Shown in pieces: positions 30,657 to 32,000 of a stretch of DNA of 32,000 bases. How positions within the stretch are numbered: the stretch's first letter is position 1; every line of letters begins with the position of its first letter. The DNA comes from Deferrisoma camini S3R1 (lineage in GTDB: Bacteria > Desulfobacterota > Deferrisomatia > Deferrisomatales > Deferrisomataceae), in NCBI RefSeq assembly GCF_000526155.1, contig NZ_JAFN01000001.1, positions 3,070,264-3,102,263 of the forward strand, in the 5' to 3' direction. The notes beneath the pieces were generated by a model. The model was given only the letters and a program-made list of their open reading frames with translations, did not search any database and was not told where the DNA came from. The translations under genes were made by a program, and so were the position numbers.

Positions 30657-31715
30657 TCAATGGGACCGGGCCGAGGCGCCCAGACCCAGGAGCGCAGCCA
30701 GCCCGACCAGCACCGCCACCTTCCCGGCCGCCGGCACTCCGGCGGCCGACGCGCCCAAGCCCCAAACCTGCACGAGCACCGCGCCCGCGCCCATGCCCAC
30801 CACCGTGGCGGCCGCGTCCAGGTCGCCCTCGCCGGCCCGCACGATCTGCCGGAACGGACACCCGCCCGCCACCACGGCGGCCGCGCCCACCAGCCCCATC
30901 CCCAAAAAGCTCCACAGCCACTCCAGGTGGGCGCCGGGCTGGTCATAATAGCCAAGCCGGAACTGACCCGTAAACCCGTCGGCCAACCCGGCCGCCGCGA
31001 GCAGCCCTCCCAGGGCCAGGACCGCCCCCGGGCTGCGCACGAGCAGGATGTCGCGCACCGACCCGGTGATGCAGAACCGCGATCGCTGACAGGCGACCCC
31101 GATCGCCAACCCCGCGGCCAGGCTGATCCAGACCGGGGCGTGGAGCGCCCCGGGCCCGCTCCGGCTCTCCAGCAGGATCCCCGGCCGGAACAGGAGAGCC
31201 GTGAGGACCAGGGCCCCCACGACCAGCCCTGCGGGCACCAGCCACGGCACCGGCCGGGCCCGGCCGCCGCCATCCAGGTCGCCCCGCCGAACCAGGCGGA
31301 GCCCCCCCCACACCCCGGCCACCAGGCCCACCGCCCCGGCCACGGCGGTCAGGTCCCCGGCGGCGAGCCGCAACATCATCTTGATCGGGCAGCCGATGAA
31401 CACGGCCGAGCCCACGATCATCAGGAGCCCCAGGCCCAGCAGGTGGGCCCCGGCCGCTCGGGCCCGCGGCCGGAACTCCCGCGCGGCCAGGGCGGCGGCG
31501 GCACTGCCCAGGAAGAACCCCAGGAGCTCGGGCCGCAGGTACCGCATGCGGGGGTTGGGGTGCAGCCCCAGGGCGCCCACCGCGTTCTCCAGGAAGCACG
31601 AGATGCAGATCCCCGTGTTCGGCGGATTGCCCCAGTAGGCCAGGAGGCTGCCGAACAGCCCCATCAGGAGCCCGGCGGCCACGATCCACCCGTGCCGGGC
31701 CAGTCTCCCCCTCAT
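30657..31715 (-). CDS. yedE: YedE/YeeE-family transporter (putative selenium/sulfur-compound transporter)
   Basis: 352 aa polytopic protein. N-terminal YWGNPPNTGICISCFLENAVGALGLH and later GGCPFRQ match the YedE selenium-metabolism subfamily as I recall it. Confidence 0.8.
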   Translation of the reverse strand: MRGRLARHGWIVAAGLLMGLFGSLLAYWGNPPNTGICISCFLENAVGALGLHPNPRMRYLRPELLGFFLGSAAAALAAREFRPRARAAGAHLLGLGLLMIVGSAVFIGCPIKMMLRLAAGDLTAVAGAVGLVAGVWGGLRLVRRGDLDGGGRARPVPWLVPAGLVVGALVLTALLFRPGILLESRSGPGALHAPVWISLAAGLAIGVACQRSRFCITGSVRDILLVRSPGAVLALGGLLAAAGLADGFTGQFRLGYYDQPGAHLEWLWSFLGMGLVGAAAVVAGGCPFRQIVRAGEGDLDAAATVVGMGAGAVLVQVWGLGASAAGVPAAGKVAVLVGLAALLGLGASARSH

Positions 31716-32000
31716 TCGCACCCCCCCGCCAGCCGGCGCTGGAGGGCGTAGAGCTCTCGGATCTCCGGCGGCCGTCGGGTCGCCCACGGCCCCTTCCGGA
31801 TCGAAGCCAGCCGCTCGGCCATGCGCTCGCCCGACCGGAACGGTCCGTTCCGGTCGGCCACGGCCGGGTTCTCGTCCACGGCCCGGCCGTAGGCCCGCAC
31901 CGCCTCGGCCCACGCCCCCTGGCGGTAGGCCGCCTCGCCCAGCCAGAACCACGCCCACGCAGGGTACGGCCCGGAGCGGGCCCTCTGTCGAAGATCCAGC
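31712..32000 (-). CDS. TPR-repeat protein, C-terminal part (5' end outside window)
   Basis: The frame stays open to the window edge. WFWLGEAAYRQGAWAEAVRAYGRAVDENP is a canonical TPR motif. Stop overlaps the yedE ATG (ATGA). Confidence 0.6.
   Translation of the reverse strand, partial: LDLRQRARSGPYPAWAWFWLGEAAYRQGAWAEAVRAYGRAVDENPAVADRNGPFRSGERMAERLASIRKGPWATRRPPEIRELYALQRRLAGGCE

Overview
High-GC (by eye about 70%) bacterial chromosomal window with dense coding and many 4-nt start/stop overlaps (ATGA/GTGA). No rRNA, tRNA, CRISPR array or transposase was recognised. The Geobacter-like arg gene order hints at a Desulfobacterota-type anaerobe, at low confidence.

Plus-strand blocks:
- argD(partial)-argF-argG-argH.
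- An Fn3 lipoprotein coupled to panE-panB, then a DUF4352-like secreted protein.
- A GSA-aminomutase-like aminotransferase.
- vapBC module 1.
- A Znu/Tro-type metal ABC transporter coupled to a GlcD-like FAD oxidase.
- A cytoplasmic PAS-PAS histidine kinase.
- phd-vapC module 2, followed by a CMD-family protein and a membrane zinc-ribbon protein.

Minus-strand blocks:
- trmB, preceded by a 30-codon peroxiredoxin stub.
- A NIF3-family protein.
- A sugar-type ABC transporter (SBP, two permeases, ATPase).
- A COG4112-type Nudix gene coupled to a dynamin-like GTPase.
- A YedE-type selenium/sulfur transporter and a partial TPR protein.

Best candidate for a new system: the compact minus-strand operon at 28163-30487. 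It encodes a beta-helix lipoprotein, a stand-alone PqqD-like peptide-binding protein and a radical-SAM/SPASM enzyme. A tiny 20-codon ORF (MKKIPYVKPRIAGTSSVHPC) is translationally coupled to the enzyme's stop codon, has a perfect Shine-Dalgarno, and is followed by a 20-bp perfect hairpin. This looks like a minimal RiPP or peptide-derived-cofactor pathway.

Second theme: the intergenic space is filled with at least three short-repeat families.
- 7-bp-period (ACGACYR)n leader cassettes fused to Shine-Dalgarno sites.
- 8-bp-period CT-rich repeats.
- 130-200 bp palindromic REP/MITE-like elements.

All homology calls come from reading the translated ORFs and recalling family motifs. No database search was run.
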